Positions 11,401 to 21,674 are shown, numbered from the stretch's first letter. The stretch is 64,000 nt of DNA from Eledone cirrhosa (GCA_964016885.1 OZ024742.1:72974001-73038000); one strand, 5' to 3'. Numbers and translations: made by a program. Notes: a model not told the origin generated them from the letters alone.

Positions 11401-14400
11401 GAGGTTGGAATACCAAATGAGAGGTGCTCCGCATGTTCACATGAAATTATGGATTAAAGATGGCCCTATTATGGACAGAGACGACAAGTATGCTATTCAG
11501 ACGTTTATACAGTCCATGATCACATGTCGCATGCCGTCCAATGTAGAAAGCCCCGTTTTGTCAGACTTGGTGTTGCGTTTTCAACGACATGTCTGTAGTG
11601 GATCCTGCAAAAGGCAAATATTTTCGAGTGGTCGTTTTTACACTCGATGCAGGTTTGGATTTCCTCGTCCTATCGGGAATTTCAATTTGCTTAGCGTCAA
11701 CGAGTGCATAAAATCTCGACACAAAGGTAGAGCTGTCAAAAAGTTGTACAAGCTTGACAGACGACAAGGGGAAGAGTGCATCAATGACTACAATCCTGTT
11801 GTTCTGTATGTCTGGAAAGCTAATGTCGATATCCAATACATCGGTGAAGATAGTATGATTCTAAACCGATATGTTACTAGTTATCAGACAAAGTCCGAAA
11901 AGACTGAAACTGAAGGTATTTGGGCTGAGATTGACAAGTCCAAGTCCATTTACTCCAGATACAAGAGTGTCGGACTTAAGCTGATGGGCAAGCGTGATAC
12001 AGGTGCCTATGAGGCTGCAGACAAATTGCTTGGCCACCATTTTTATGGATGCTCTGAAAACCTCATTTGGATTGGAGCCGATTTGCCTAGTTACCGATCC
12101 CACAGGTTCAGGCCTCAGTATGAACTGGATAAATTGAAACCGTATTCTACCGATCTTTATTACGAGAATATGGTCGAAAATTGGTATCCAAACAGGCCTG
12201 ATTCGATGGAGCACATGTGTTTGTATGAACTTGCGAGTAAATACGAACATGTGAATCCAATTGATACTAGCAATTTTGATGACGACTTCAGGTTGAGAAA
12301 TAATCTTGGCTATTTCAAATCTGTGAAAGAGCGGATTGTGAAGTCGCCAAACATTAGATTGACTGCAGATACCTGTGAGCGCTATCACCACAACCTGCTT
12401 ATGCTCTTTAAACCTTGGCGAGACGAGGAAAAAGACTTGCTGGGAGGTTGTGAGACTTATAAAGAGTCTTTTGAACAGTGCGCAAACCATTTATCTGAAA
12501 TGGTCAAGTTCCAGAATGTGCGCAAACGTTTGGAGAATGCGCTGGAACAAGCCAAACATATTCCAAACGAACCTCAGTCTCATGATAATGATGACCATTC
12601 TTGCGGTGATCACATGGAGGCGTTGGCAGTTGATGATGCTAATGTCGATTTGCCTTGCATGAGAGATGTCGCTGAGGATGCACTGAGGCATAAAGAAAAT
12701 AAACTGAATGAAGTGCAAAGAAAAATTTATGACCATATCGTTGCCGGTATTGACAAACAAGACAAACATTGGGACAACAGCAAACCTTATCCGAGATGTA
12801 GTTGCGATGATTGTCCACAAGTCTTGAAATTTGTTTCAGGTGTTGGTGGCACGGGCAAGAGTTTTTTGATAAATGTACTGGCTGATAAAATTCAGTACAT
12901 GTATCCAAATGACAATGGCCCGAGCGTAGTGATATCGGCACCCACAGGAATGGCTGCTTTCCAACTCAACGGCATGACTGTTCATCGAATGCTAAAGCTC
13001 AAAGTGCAGTACGGTAAAACTCCCGTGTACGATGATCTACCAAAGGACTTTTTGAAAATGCTGAGGATGGGGCTTCAATATGTCCGACTGATCATAATCG
13101 ATGAGATTAGCATGGTCAGTCATTTGCAGTTGGCATTCATTCACTTGAGATTGTGCCAATTGTTTTGTGACTTTGCCCAAGGCATTTCTCCTTTCGGGCG
13201 AATGAACATTGTTGTTTTGGGAGATTTGCTTCAATTACCGCCTGTTAGAGAAAAGCCGGTGTTTAACAAAGTTACTCACCAAGATGCACAAAGATCATGC
13301 ATAGGCGTCAGCAGCCACCATTTGTGGAGGTACTTCAAGTACGACGAGTTGACAGTCAACATGCGTCAGAAAGAAGACTTGGATAATTATGTTGACATGC
13401 TCGGCCGAATAAGGCTGGGTTCACCACTTGATTCAGATATTGAAATTCTAAATAAGCATAGAATTGATCTCAACGGCAAAGCTTCCATTGATCAGGTTGC
13501 TTACAAAATGTGTGGGCTGATACAGACTTCTAATTTGAGTATCGTCTGTATCATGCCTCTAAACGAGTCAGTAGAAAAGTTTAACGCTGCAATGCTCAAT
13601 AAACTTGGCATTAATACCGTTGAACTTATGGCTATTGATTCGAATATGAGGCAAACCAAATGTCAAAAGAAAACAAAAAGAAAAAAGCTGACCACTAAAA
13701 AGACTTCTGATACTGCTGGCCTTGAAACTGTTCTTAAAGTTGGCGTTAATGCTCGAGTTATGCTTAAACGCAACATCGATCTTGAGAAAGGCTTGTGCAA
13801 TGGTGCAATGGGAACTGTAAAGCAACTCAATTATGAGTTTGGAAAAATTACTTCCATTGACGTTCTCTTTGAGAGTACAAACCAAATTGTTGCCATCAAA
13901 CGTGTCAAAGCCGATTACGAATTGTCTCCTAGTGTTTTTATCACTAGAGAACAATATCCCTTGTGCATTGCATATGCAATTTCCATCCACAAATCACAGG
14001 GAATAAGTGTCGATGGAGTCGTTGTTGATTTGGGCACTGGCGTTTTTGCAGACGGTATGGCCTATGTAGCCTTGTCTAGAGCCCGCAAACTGTGCAATGT
14101 TTACTTGATTGATCTTGATCCAACGAGTTTGATCATGTGCGACTCTAGTGCTTGGAGAGAATACAATTATTTGAGAGAGACCATTAATATGGGACCGCTT
14201 CCATTGTGTAACGTGAGGCCCAACAGTATTGGACAGGCCAAAAAAGCAACTAAAAAAAGTAAATTTGCTATTAATATTGACAGTGGAATGGTCAACTTGG
14301 CGAATCCAAAAAAGGCCAGAACTGAGAAAACGGTTGCAAAGCCGTACATTTCGCTGATCAATGAGAGAAATGCTTGCTTTGTAAACAGCACCATGCAAGT

Positions 14401-15193
14401 TATACGCCAGCTGGTGTTGTTGGTTGAACACATTCAGTCCACCGATGATGTTGCTATTCGTGAAATTAGCGATATTATATCGTCATCTGGAACTAAATCG
14501 GTCGCAAATTTGAGAAATATCCTCGGCGGCAGGTTTAATGATGGTACCCAACAGTGTGCGCACGATTTTTGGAAGCACATTTATCAGTTGTTCTCTAAAA
14601 AAATTAAACAACTATTCACCTTTGAGGAAAATACTTGGCTCAGCTGCACTAGAAAACACGAGCACAATTGCCCCAGATTGCACAATGATGAATGTTATTG
14701 TGCATCGATCAACGGCTGTGGCACTTGCACACATATAACTGATGTCAAGTCTGATCTGACGTTGCAGCCTGTTAATGGTCGGCAGCAATTCAAAAGCTTG
14801 CTCAAAACTGATGTTTCGCTCATTAAGAGATGCGATCTGTGTGGCATTGACACCGAGCACTTTGGTACAGTTAACCATGTATTTCCAAACACAATGCGTT
14901 ACTTGGTTGTTTATTTGAATAGATTCGAATATACAAACAATCAGATGATCAGAATTGATTCTGAGTTGATGAATTTCTCTCCGAACAAGCAGAGCATTTA
15001 CGGCCAAAAATTCCGACTAATCGGCTCCGTCTTGCATTCACTGGCTAGTGCAGACTCCGGGCACTACACCAGCATCGTCCGCAATCAGGACAGATGGGAC
15101 ATTATTAACGATGCCGTCTTTTCCAAGCAGTATATAGGTTTCCCGTCGAAACTGCTTAACAACTACATGTTGTTTTTAGAAAAGTTGAATTGA
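8471..15193 (+). CDS. Helitron/Helentron RepHel transposase (HUH Rep + Pif1 SF1B helicase) with C-terminal ubiquitin-specific protease (peptidase C19) domain
   Basis: Rep motifs: GPAHLFLTLSC (~11162), EYQMRGAPHVH (11408-11440), YVTSYQTK (11870-11893). Helicase motifs: GVGGTGKS (12839), APTGMAA, IIDEISMV (~13100), GDLLQLPPV, NMRQ, GLCNG, HKSQG (13988), YVALSR. USP motifs: LINERNACFVNSTMQ (Cys codon at 14375), QQCAHDF, LNRF, HSLASADSGHY, WDIIND, YMLF. No stops over 6.7 kb. First ATG at 8474. Confidence 0.93.
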   Translation: MMYLASESRPVTDFGVPTADVNEQRCTCELGLDVAGSSYTYKDAVPQACSHSCANNLDGRIKSDVKAAYRMRNREKLRQKQADYRAVNFAKLTQKQAKYRCSKRYELANKQAKYRSANSAIISQKQAERRASKRTELAKEQTKYRSVNQDKVLQTKAMYKIHHKDNIQSYEKTYYKKKFLHKRSLYQMKKLNKMVDFRMQHQILMSQFVKSYKKTITDTNLRNDAHSHVLSVFSRSVGMRNFVCAQLKINVKAVHTLMEKVNANGLLHYWGNQHYHSSTNELPNFDKSTAKYMKMDEFKNQSVEKVRIVVINNEETDNIVNDMANADEQNDDNDVSKCLVRPCGSSILDTCPNDSAARLTLCQRIDDKLPKLNPDMTVAEIRQLIEKYEFCNVTHDNDQHCIGQTGCTSEFGFLKFIAVHSPKLRTLLRKIYKVRSLCIWLNKYNEAVFNGDWTNFENLTDVANIERAIAVKFNNMCTGFNDVEHTDADVIHKYGNQVQRFQSEITNYKIQHCHICKLRKYSKELKVWDNWNSRYFKTAIAKDAITANYSLPCTVCTTCTTHLRNSGVPSMASINGLGVAAVPKELADLNTYERILVQRAKCFVNVIKLVPYSFKGNISACISAIKGIAIHLPLPMDGTINRTMDTLPALQDDMLKIVVDSLPSRKQIIWRSMVDMSKVLKALDWLAANNVMYADVKINRYADTENENIVECSGVNNAKFDNLLLKSNAGITYEHHTVKDMNLCLPADTDLALYKMKRVEGDLIADNDKKLELLCFPCLYPTGQFGIFVDNRPFGAVKPYMFIRNRLNHSDSRFRRDIQYLMFCLDKADKRGIDSGIYAIMKTTKNSRMTISEFRRRLHENDRHLEGNLNMMMANVRGSKQFWSRKCSDLMAMDEKFGPAHLFLTLSCAEYFWPDLREFLEKLNADIPDISRKRTNELCADDVVAVSEHFHHRFTTFMKEVVKHTNSPFGIVEHFFWRLEYQMRGAPHVHMKLWIKDGPIMDRDDKYAIQTFIQSMITCRMPSNVESPVLSDLVLRFQRHVCSGSCKRQIFSSGRFYTRCRFGFPRPIGNFNLLSVNECIKSRHKGRAVKKLYKLDRRQGEECINDYNPVVLYVWKANVDIQYIGEDSMILNRYVTSYQTKSEKTETEGIWAEIDKSKSIYSRYKSVGLKLMGKRDTGAYEAADKLLGHHFYGCSENLIWIGADLPSYRSHRFRPQYELDKLKPYSTDLYYENMVENWYPNRPDSMEHMCLYELASKYEHVNPIDTSNFDDDFRLRNNLGYFKSVKERIVKSPNIRLTADTCERYHHNLLMLFKPWRDEEKDLLGGCETYKESFEQCANHLSEMVKFQNVRKRLENALEQAKHIPNEPQSHDNDDHSCGDHMEALAVDDANVDLPCMRDVAEDALRHKENKLNEVQRKIYDHIVAGIDKQDKHWDNSKPYPRCSCDDCPQVLKFVSGVGGTGKSFLINVLADKIQYMYPNDNGPSVVISAPTGMAAFQLNGMTVHRMLKLKVQYGKTPVYDDLPKDFLKMLRMGLQYVRLIIIDEISMVSHLQLAFIHLRLCQLFCDFAQGISPFGRMNIVVLGDLLQLPPVREKPVFNKVTHQDAQRSCIGVSSHHLWRYFKYDELTVNMRQKEDLDNYVDMLGRIRLGSPLDSDIEILNKHRIDLNGKASIDQVAYKMCGLIQTSNLSIVCIMPLNESVEKFNAAMLNKLGINTVELMAIDSNMRQTKCQKKTKRKKLTTKKTSDTAGLETVLKVGVNARVMLKRNIDLEKGLCNGAMGTVKQLNYEFGKITSIDVLFESTNQIVAIKRVKADYELSPSVFITREQYPLCIAYAISIHKSQGISVDGVVVDLGTGVFADGMAYVALSRARKLCNVYLIDLDPTSLIMCDSSAWREYNYLRETINMGPLPLCNVRPNSIGQAKKATKKSKFAINIDSGMVNLANPKKARTEKTVAKPYISLINERNACFVNSTMQVIRQLVLLVEHIQSTDDVAIREISDIISSSGTKSVANLRNILGGRFNDGTQQCAHDFWKHIYQLFSKKIKQLFTFEENTWLSCTRKHEHNCPRLHNDECYCASINGCGTCTHITDVKSDLTLQPVNGRQQFKSLLKTDVSLIKRCDLCGIDTEHFGTVNHVFPNTMRYLVVYLNRFEYTNNQMIRIDSELMNFSPNKQSIYGQKFRLIGSVLHSLASADSGHYTSIVRNQDRWDIINDAVFSKQYIGFPSKLLNNYMLFLEKLN

Positions 15194-16683
15194 ACTTTCA
15201 CCGCCAATGTACAGCAGCAAGCATTTTTTGAAAAATTTGCTTGATCCTAAGAAAAAGTAACAGAGGTTGAGAGATGTCTTGTTATCTCTAACTATTGCTT
15301 TATTTCTATTTCTTTAGGGCATTTCTGAATTTATTGGAATATGAATCCAGTCCCACCATTGAGATATATTATCTTCATGGTGAATGTCTGCTGTTTTTTT
15401 ACCCTCGGGAAATTGTGAAATTGGTTTGCAGCTACTATGGCCTTTTGAGATATAATATTGAAAACACATGTCACTCAACCATATTCTTGTGTCTATTTTG
15501 TCACTGAACTATACTCTCCGTATGATATCAATTTTTATGTATTATAATTTTATCAATATTTTATCTTAAATTAAGCATATTTTTATCTATTATTATCTAA
15601 TTTTATAAATCTTTTATTTTTTATCCATTATATCAACTACTTTCAATGTTGTATTATATTTTAAATTCCAATGTATTAATTTTTGTACCAGAAACTCTCT
15701 AGCGCTTTAGCATTTAAAGAGACCATATCCGACCATAATTCTCTCGCCTCTTTCTATTCAAACTGGCCATAATTAGCCACTCATACTGATAGTAAGGTAT
15801 TTTTCTCAAAATAAATAACATAAAACTCTCGTAGATTCAATATTATATGAGATAATTATATAAGGTAAAGCCTTTTATGTGAAAATACATACACTATTTT
15901 TGTGCCTTTTTTATCAACACAAAAATCCTCTGATACTTTGGATTAATATGGCTGACTAAAATTATATATCTGCACATTGTGTGGTGTCAACTATATTTTG
16001 TTTTGTATTTTATGCTTTCTTTAAACATTTTTTTTTTAGTCTTATATTTTAAAAATATATTAAAATAAATTATAAACGTTTTTTATTTACATATCTTTAT
16101 AATGCACCTTCCAATATTGATTGTAACGTTTATTTACTTTTATATGAATGATATAGTTAATAGTTACTTGTCCATTTGCCAATATGCTTTTGTAAAAGTA
16201 ATTATTAACTATTATATATTAAATTACAAGATTTATTTATATAACATGCTTATAATATTGGTTGTATCATATTTACTTGTATATTTGTCTATATTGTTTG
16301 TTTTGTGTTAAATTATTTTATTATTATTATGTTGGATTATTTTTTTTATTATTATGTTAAACTATTTGTATGTAATATTTAATTTTTTTATTAATTCAAC
16401 TATAATAATCGACATATGAAATTTAAATCAACAATAGGAGAAAAAAAAATATCTTATTGCACAAACAATAATTCTGCACAAATGTTGCTCCATTATTAGA
16501 TCTAATGTTGCAACGATACAGTTAAATGTTGTCTGTGTATTTTAAAAAAGATTTGCTTATAATCTTTTCAAATTTCATTACGCCAATGATTCAAGCTCAA
16601 ATTGACATTATCTAAAAAATTGTACAAACAGCGGTGGATTAGCAGTAGTGAACAGATAAATCAGTCAATTTATTAAGATTGAC

Positions 16684-17335
16684 TTGGCATCAATCAGCAA
16701 AACCTTCATTAGCTGCTCTCCAGCCATCTATTTAAAGCTGTATACATCTATGGTACGAATACACTTGGAGTTCGCGTCATCAGTCTGGAACCCCTATCTT
16801 GCTCAGAACATTGACCTCCTGGAAACTGTTCAGAGACATGCAACCAAGCGCATACCCTCCATCAGACACCTACCATACCCTGAATATTTTGCTTCCCTCT
16901 GGCAATGGACTTGGTAAACACCCACAAAGTTATTAACCATCCGACCAACAACAACCCCGAACACCTTTTTGATCTCCATGTGTCTAACACGTGGACATGC
17001 CTACAAAGTCAGAAAACAACACAGCTCCCATGACTTTAGGAAATATTTCTTCATGCTCAGAGTTGCTGAAGGATGGAACAAACTTCCTGCATCAGTTGTT
17101 AGCTGATGACACACTGCATCCTTTAAAACCATCATACATTCCGAAATACACCAAAACTACACCTGATGTCCCCCTTCCATACACATGCACATATGTGTAT
17201 ATCATGACTCATGCACTGTTCTTTTTTCCTGACGTTTTTATATTACCCTATGTATTATATATGCACTTTTGATGAGTTGTAGTGCACCTCAGCATTGTAC
17301 ACAATATTTTCATTATTATTATCATTATTATTATT
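16684..17335 (+). mobile_element. 5'-truncated CR1-clade LINE (C-terminus plus 3' UTR)
   Basis: LYTSMVRIHLEFASSVWNPYLAQNIDLLETVQRHATK matches the CR1 ORF2 C-terminal consensus. Ends in an (ATT)n tail. Confidence 0.85.
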
Positions 17336-17794
17336 ACACTCATTGATCCATTTTGCACTAACTCTGCATCAAGCACCCTCACCTAAATATTAACCAATCA
17401 AGGATCCAATACAGCTATCTGTTGGATGAGTATTGTATAGTGCCAAAAACGAAACCAATCAGTTTAGCAGAAAGTTTCCAGACAAGAAACACGCATATTT
17501 TGCTATCCTCAAACACGTTTACACATGGCATGAAATATAACTAATCCGAGATGGCTAGGTTTCATCTTCTAACTGGATATACGAAATCCATTATGTCTTG
17601 ACAACAACATGAGGTAACATTATGTTATTCACAGACACACTTTGTACACTGTTCCATATCAGAATGTATTTCCTTCGTCACATTCACAAACAGTATTGAA
17701 AATATGTTCTTCGGCAAATAAAAATGTTTTGTTCATAATATTTCAACTAGCGATTGCTCTACTCCACGCACGACCACCATAAATTAATGACCAG

Positions 17795-17975
17795 CTCAAC
17801 ACAAGTATTGGTAGAGCGTCAGACACCATGCTTTGCAGTATTGTTATGGTCCTTTGCATTCTAAGTTCAAATCCTGCCGAGGTTAACTTCGACTTTCATA
17901 CTTACTAATTCGATAAAATAAAGTACCAGTAATGGACTGCCGTAATGGATTTGTGCCGAAAAATAGAAACACTAT
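17795..17975 (+). mobile_element. Diverged tRNA-SINE copy
   Basis: AGTTCAAATCCTGCCGAGGTTAACTTCGACTTTCAT...AAAGTACCAGT; same family as 18610. Confidence 0.7.
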
Positions 17976-18334
17976 TAATGTGCAATAAGAGCAACATATT
18001 ATTAACTAAGTGAAATAGCGTAAAAATAAAGGCTTCGTTGGTTTAAGCTATTTTTATAAAGGATGCCACAGATGTACGATATATAATGATTACAATATTT
18101 TTTAGCAACAACTCTAGTCCCACACTTTTGAAGGTTTATTATAACATTCTGTGGCACTTTTGAGCTTGCGCATTTTTCATGTCTAGTATATATATATATG
18201 GTAGTTGAAGTGGTGGTGGTGGCGACGATATACCGGAAGTGCAACTTTGAAAAGAAGTCAATTTTAGATTATTTATTTTTACGAAATTTTTTGTTTACGA
18301 AATTTAGCACATAAATTATGTAATATTCATTCAT

Positions 18335-18466
18335 TGTCCCTTTATGATCTGAGTTCAAATCCCGCCGAGGTTGACTTTGCCTTTCATCCTTACGGGGTCG
18401 ATAAAATAAAGTACCAGTAATGCACTGGGTAATTGCTGGCCTTGTGCCTAAAGTAGAAACAATTAT
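18335..18466 (+). mobile_element. 5'-truncated tRNA-SINE
   Basis: Near-identical to the 3' part of 18610-18798. Confidence 0.85.
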
Positions 18467-18609
18467 TTATTCAAAGTAATCCAATTTATTATACGAACTG
18501 GATTAAAAGAAATAAACCGTACGCAGTCGCGCAGCCCTTGCTTTATTATAGTTTGGATGATTTTAATAACCTCTGTCATTTTCGTTCTACTAATTTATTT
18601 ACATTATTC

Positions 18610-18798
18610 TCGGTGGATTGGCAGTATCGGTAGAGGGTCGGACGCCATGCTTTCCAGCATAGTTACGTCCCTTTACGATCTGAGTTCAAATCCCGCCGAG
18701 GTTGACATTGCCTTTCATCCTTACGGGGTCGATGAAATAAAGTACCAGTAACGCACTGGGTAATTGCTGGCCTTGTGCCTAAAGTAGAAACAATTATT
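18610..18798 (+). mobile_element. Full-length tRNA-derived SINE
   Basis: A-box TGGCAGTATCGG, B-box GAGTTCAAATCC, conserved body GCCTTTCATCCTTACGGGGTCGAT, (ATT) tail. Further copies or fragments at ~7473, 23277, 23715, 45445, 45561 and 48001. Confidence 0.88.
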
Positions 18799-19110
18799 CT
18801 TAACTCTGAAGCCGAGAATCATTCGGTTTCCTAAATAGAATATTAGTCTACGACTCCATTTATACCATAAGCGTGGTTTTGTCTTTGCGTGTATTTGTTC
18901 TCAATGTTCCACATAACGACGTATTATCTTCGCATTTTTTCGTTCATTGCCGAGGAACGTCTTCACGAACCAAAGTATCGTCTTCCTATTTTCCTTCGGT
19001 TGCAACGTTTTTCGAAATATTTACTTCTGCGTTCACAGATTGATTTTTTTAGTCTCAGAAGATCCCGTTAAGGGTGAAAGGATTTTAGTCTTCAAATTTA
19101 TTATTATTAC

Positions 19111-19219
<109 letters not shown>

Positions 19220-19268
19220 ATATATAAATATATATAAGCAGACACACAGAAATTCATATACATACATA

Positions 19269-19854
19269 CATGGTGGCTGCCAACTCGTTTTTGAGTACGG
19301 CCACTACTTTATATCCATGTAGGAAAACCCCTACCGATGCGCTGAACAAGTGTGACTTTTTTGTCCAGCCAGCGACTTGAAAACTCTGGTACAAACACTA
19401 CACTTGTGACAATTATTGACACATAGTGCTGGGCCCATGGTACCATGTGATGACAAGTGCAGAGAGATCTCCAGATATAAAGCAATGCCTGTGCCGTGAA
19501 GCTTTTATAGTGAGCAGAGGCACTGCACAAAGCCAGTCCCACTCTCTTAACCAAGATGATATTTACCAAAAAGAAGAACAAGTCAACATCATTGGATACC
19601 ATCAGGGTTGCAGATGTTATATCATAGTTTTCCTTCTCCTAGAATTCTGCCTTGACAAAGGCTAAGGGGTCATCTCTCCCGGTGATTTTGGATGGCCATT
19701 GACTCTTAAGAGCTCCTTTGCCCTTTGACAGGTTTTGTTTTTAGTCCTGCAGGATGTCCAAAGTCACCCTCCTCACCAAGAAACCTTGGTGGGGTTGCCA
19801 GTTTAGTCGCCAACGACCCGACCATGGGACAGGTTGTACTGGAATACATGTTAC
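19269..19854 (-). mobile_element. Non-autonomous RTE-like element (~610-bp family)
   Basis: Minus strand contains AGCCTTTGTCAAGGCAGAATTCTAGGAGAAGGAAAAC (RTE 5'-UTR-like) and ends CTCGAAAACGAGTTGGCAGCCACC plus (ATGT)n in the family consensus (RTE-like 3' end). Multiple copies in the window. Confidence 0.7.
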
Positions 19855-20087
19855 ATACATACATACATACATACAAGCATACATATTTCTGATATCAGGT
19901 GTTTTTCAAAAGATTAAGAAAGGAAATAGAATGCAACACTGACACAATTTTTATTTTTTTAAAACCTTTATGTTGATCAACCCATAACTTTTTATTAAAG
20001 CCCCTTGGTCTATACAAGACAATGAAAGACGAAAGATTTATATAATTCCCAAAACTGGGAACAATATAGTGAATATAGACCGGTAAA

Positions 20088-21566
20088 TCACAGAGAAGTC
20101 TGTTTAAATGGTAACACTTTTGATTTAAAGGGTCTTGTACAACTATTCCAGTTACTTGGCGATATATTCCTTCCAGTTTCATAAACATATCTAGAATTTT
20201 TGTCATTTGGATTTACAATAATATTTGTATTTTTGTCTTTGCTGTTAAAGTTCAAGTCACATGATCTATTGTCATGGGTATCTGTTGAGAACCAACTGGA
20301 GTCTGAATATATGCTTAATTGTCGCCGTCCTCTAGGTGTGCTAGCAACTGACGCTCCGTAACCCTCATCGGAAGTGAAACTAAGATTATCTCCCTTTGCA
20401 ATATGGAAACTTCTATTTTTGTCATTGTCCATTTGAGAAGGATGTTTTGTTGGTGTTCTGCTATTCTCGTATTTAAAAATATTCTGATTTTTCAATTCTT
20501 CGGGATAGCGTTGTGTATTGTTGTTTATCATGTCTCTCTTTCTCATATATTCCGACATATTGTTCTTGTCAAGACTTCTTGTATTTCGAGAGGCAGAACT
20601 CTCTAGAGGAATGTTCTTTTTGTTCTCTTCCTCGAGTTTTGAATTTTGTGAAAATTTTTGTGTCTGACTTAAATTTTCTTTAGAATTGAACGTGCGATCA
20701 AATGGTTTTCTACTTAAATCACGACTTTCAGAGTCTTTATCAACGTGTCGCTTAGTCCTATTAATATCACTTTGCGGCGTATATCTATTTGTGTGTCTAT
20801 CATTTACTTGTGCAATATTTACTTGTTGTGTTACTGTTTTTGGTTCTTCTGGAGTTGATTTCATTTGACAAGGCGAAGACTCAAATCTTCTACAGCTGAG
20901 TTTCTTGAAACTAGAACTGCTGGCTCGCCTTTGTAAAGATTCTGGCTGAGAAACTCGATAATCCTTGTTATAGTTCATACCCACAGTAAATGAGCTCCGT
21001 CTGTTAATTTTAACCTCTTTAGAGACCCCAAGACAGTTGCAGATCTGGTTTTTTGTCTTCGTACTGCTTACATCTCTCTGGCTGTTGGTGCCGTCGGCGT
21101 GTCTTTTGTCATCCTCGTCAATCTTCAAATGATACTGACGTAAAACAGCATGCATGGGACTCGGGTACTCCCTGCTTGCTGTCAAAGGAGACATTTCTCC
21201 TTTTTGCTTCGTAAGTACAGCGTGACATTGAAAACTAGCTCTGCGCATAGTAGAGAAAGTCTCTGATTGGCTGTGAATATTCTCCAAAGGATTCCTCCAT
21301 TCTACCAGTTTGTTCGATTCACGTCCTAAATCATAGCGGAAACTATCAGATCTCCGAGAATGCTCCAGTCCGGGATAACCGGAAACACTGACTGGTCGTT
21401 TCATGTGACGTCGATAATTCACTTGAATATTGTTATTTGTTGTCTGCCATGATGGGTTATGTGTCACAGTTGACCGACTGCTTTCTTCTTTCACAGATTC
21501 CTCACTAATTCTCTCCAGGTTCGTCACAGACAGACGATTGCGGCAGTTGGACAACCATTCGTAAGC
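20088..21566 (-). CDS. Large terminal coding exon of an unidentified host gene (disordered S/R/K/N-rich tail ending KQTSL)
   Basis: ~490 stop-free non-repetitive codons preceded by a strong acceptor (CTCTTTTTTGTTTTCTTGTTTTTCTTTGCAG|GCTTAC, phase 0). Stop at 20088. The ORF extension through (TTA)n is intronic. Confidence 0.8.
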   Translation of the reverse strand, partial: AYEWLSNCRNRLSVTNLERISEESVKEESSRSTVTHNPSWQTTNNNIQVNYRRHMKRPVSVSGYPGLEHSRRSDSFRYDLGRESNKLVEWRNPLENIHSQSETFSTMRRASFQCHAVLTKQKGEMSPLTASREYPSPMHAVLRQYHLKIDEDDKRHADGTNSQRDVSSTKTKNQICNCLGVSKEVKINRRSSFTVGMNYNKDYRVSQPESLQRRASSSSFKKLSCRRFESSPCQMKSTPEEPKTVTQQVNIAQVNDRHTNRYTPQSDINRTKRHVDKDSESRDLSRKPFDRTFNSKENLSQTQKFSQNSKLEEENKKNIPLESSASRNTRSLDKNNMSEYMRKRDMINNNTQRYPEELKNQNIFKYENSRTPTKHPSQMDNDKNRSFHIAKGDNLSFTSDEGYGASVASTPRGRRQLSIYSDSSWFSTDTHDNRSCDLNFNSKDKNTNIIVNPNDKNSRYVYETGRNISPSNWNSCTRPFKSKVLPFKQTSL

Positions 21567-21674
21567 CTGCAAAGAAAAACAAGAAAACAAAAAAGAGTCA
21601 ACTAAGGATTTAAAAAATAGTATATAATCGACTGTAAGGCGTGTCTGAGGACTCTGCTCCCAAGGACTTCTCGG

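Noticed and set aside
9370-15007. Many short antisense or alternate-frame ORFs within the RepHel gene
   Set aside because: Shadow ORFs of a long coding sequence; no recognisable motifs.
15200-18200. Helitron 3' terminus downstream of the RepHel ORF (CTAG at ~15698, 17556, 17747, 18114, 18183)
   Set aside because: None has a convincing preceding GC hairpin, so the right boundary cannot be called.
18610-18700. tRNA gene
   Set aside because: A and B boxes are present, but there is no cloverleaf and it continues into a multi-copy SINE body.
19426-19665. Recurrent 79-aa ORF (MLGPWYHV...CLDKG) and antisense 80-97-aa ORFs in the repeat family
   Set aside because: They recur only because the repeat is young; starts are non-ATG or variable, and the frame is broken in the 49678 copy and the diverged unit.
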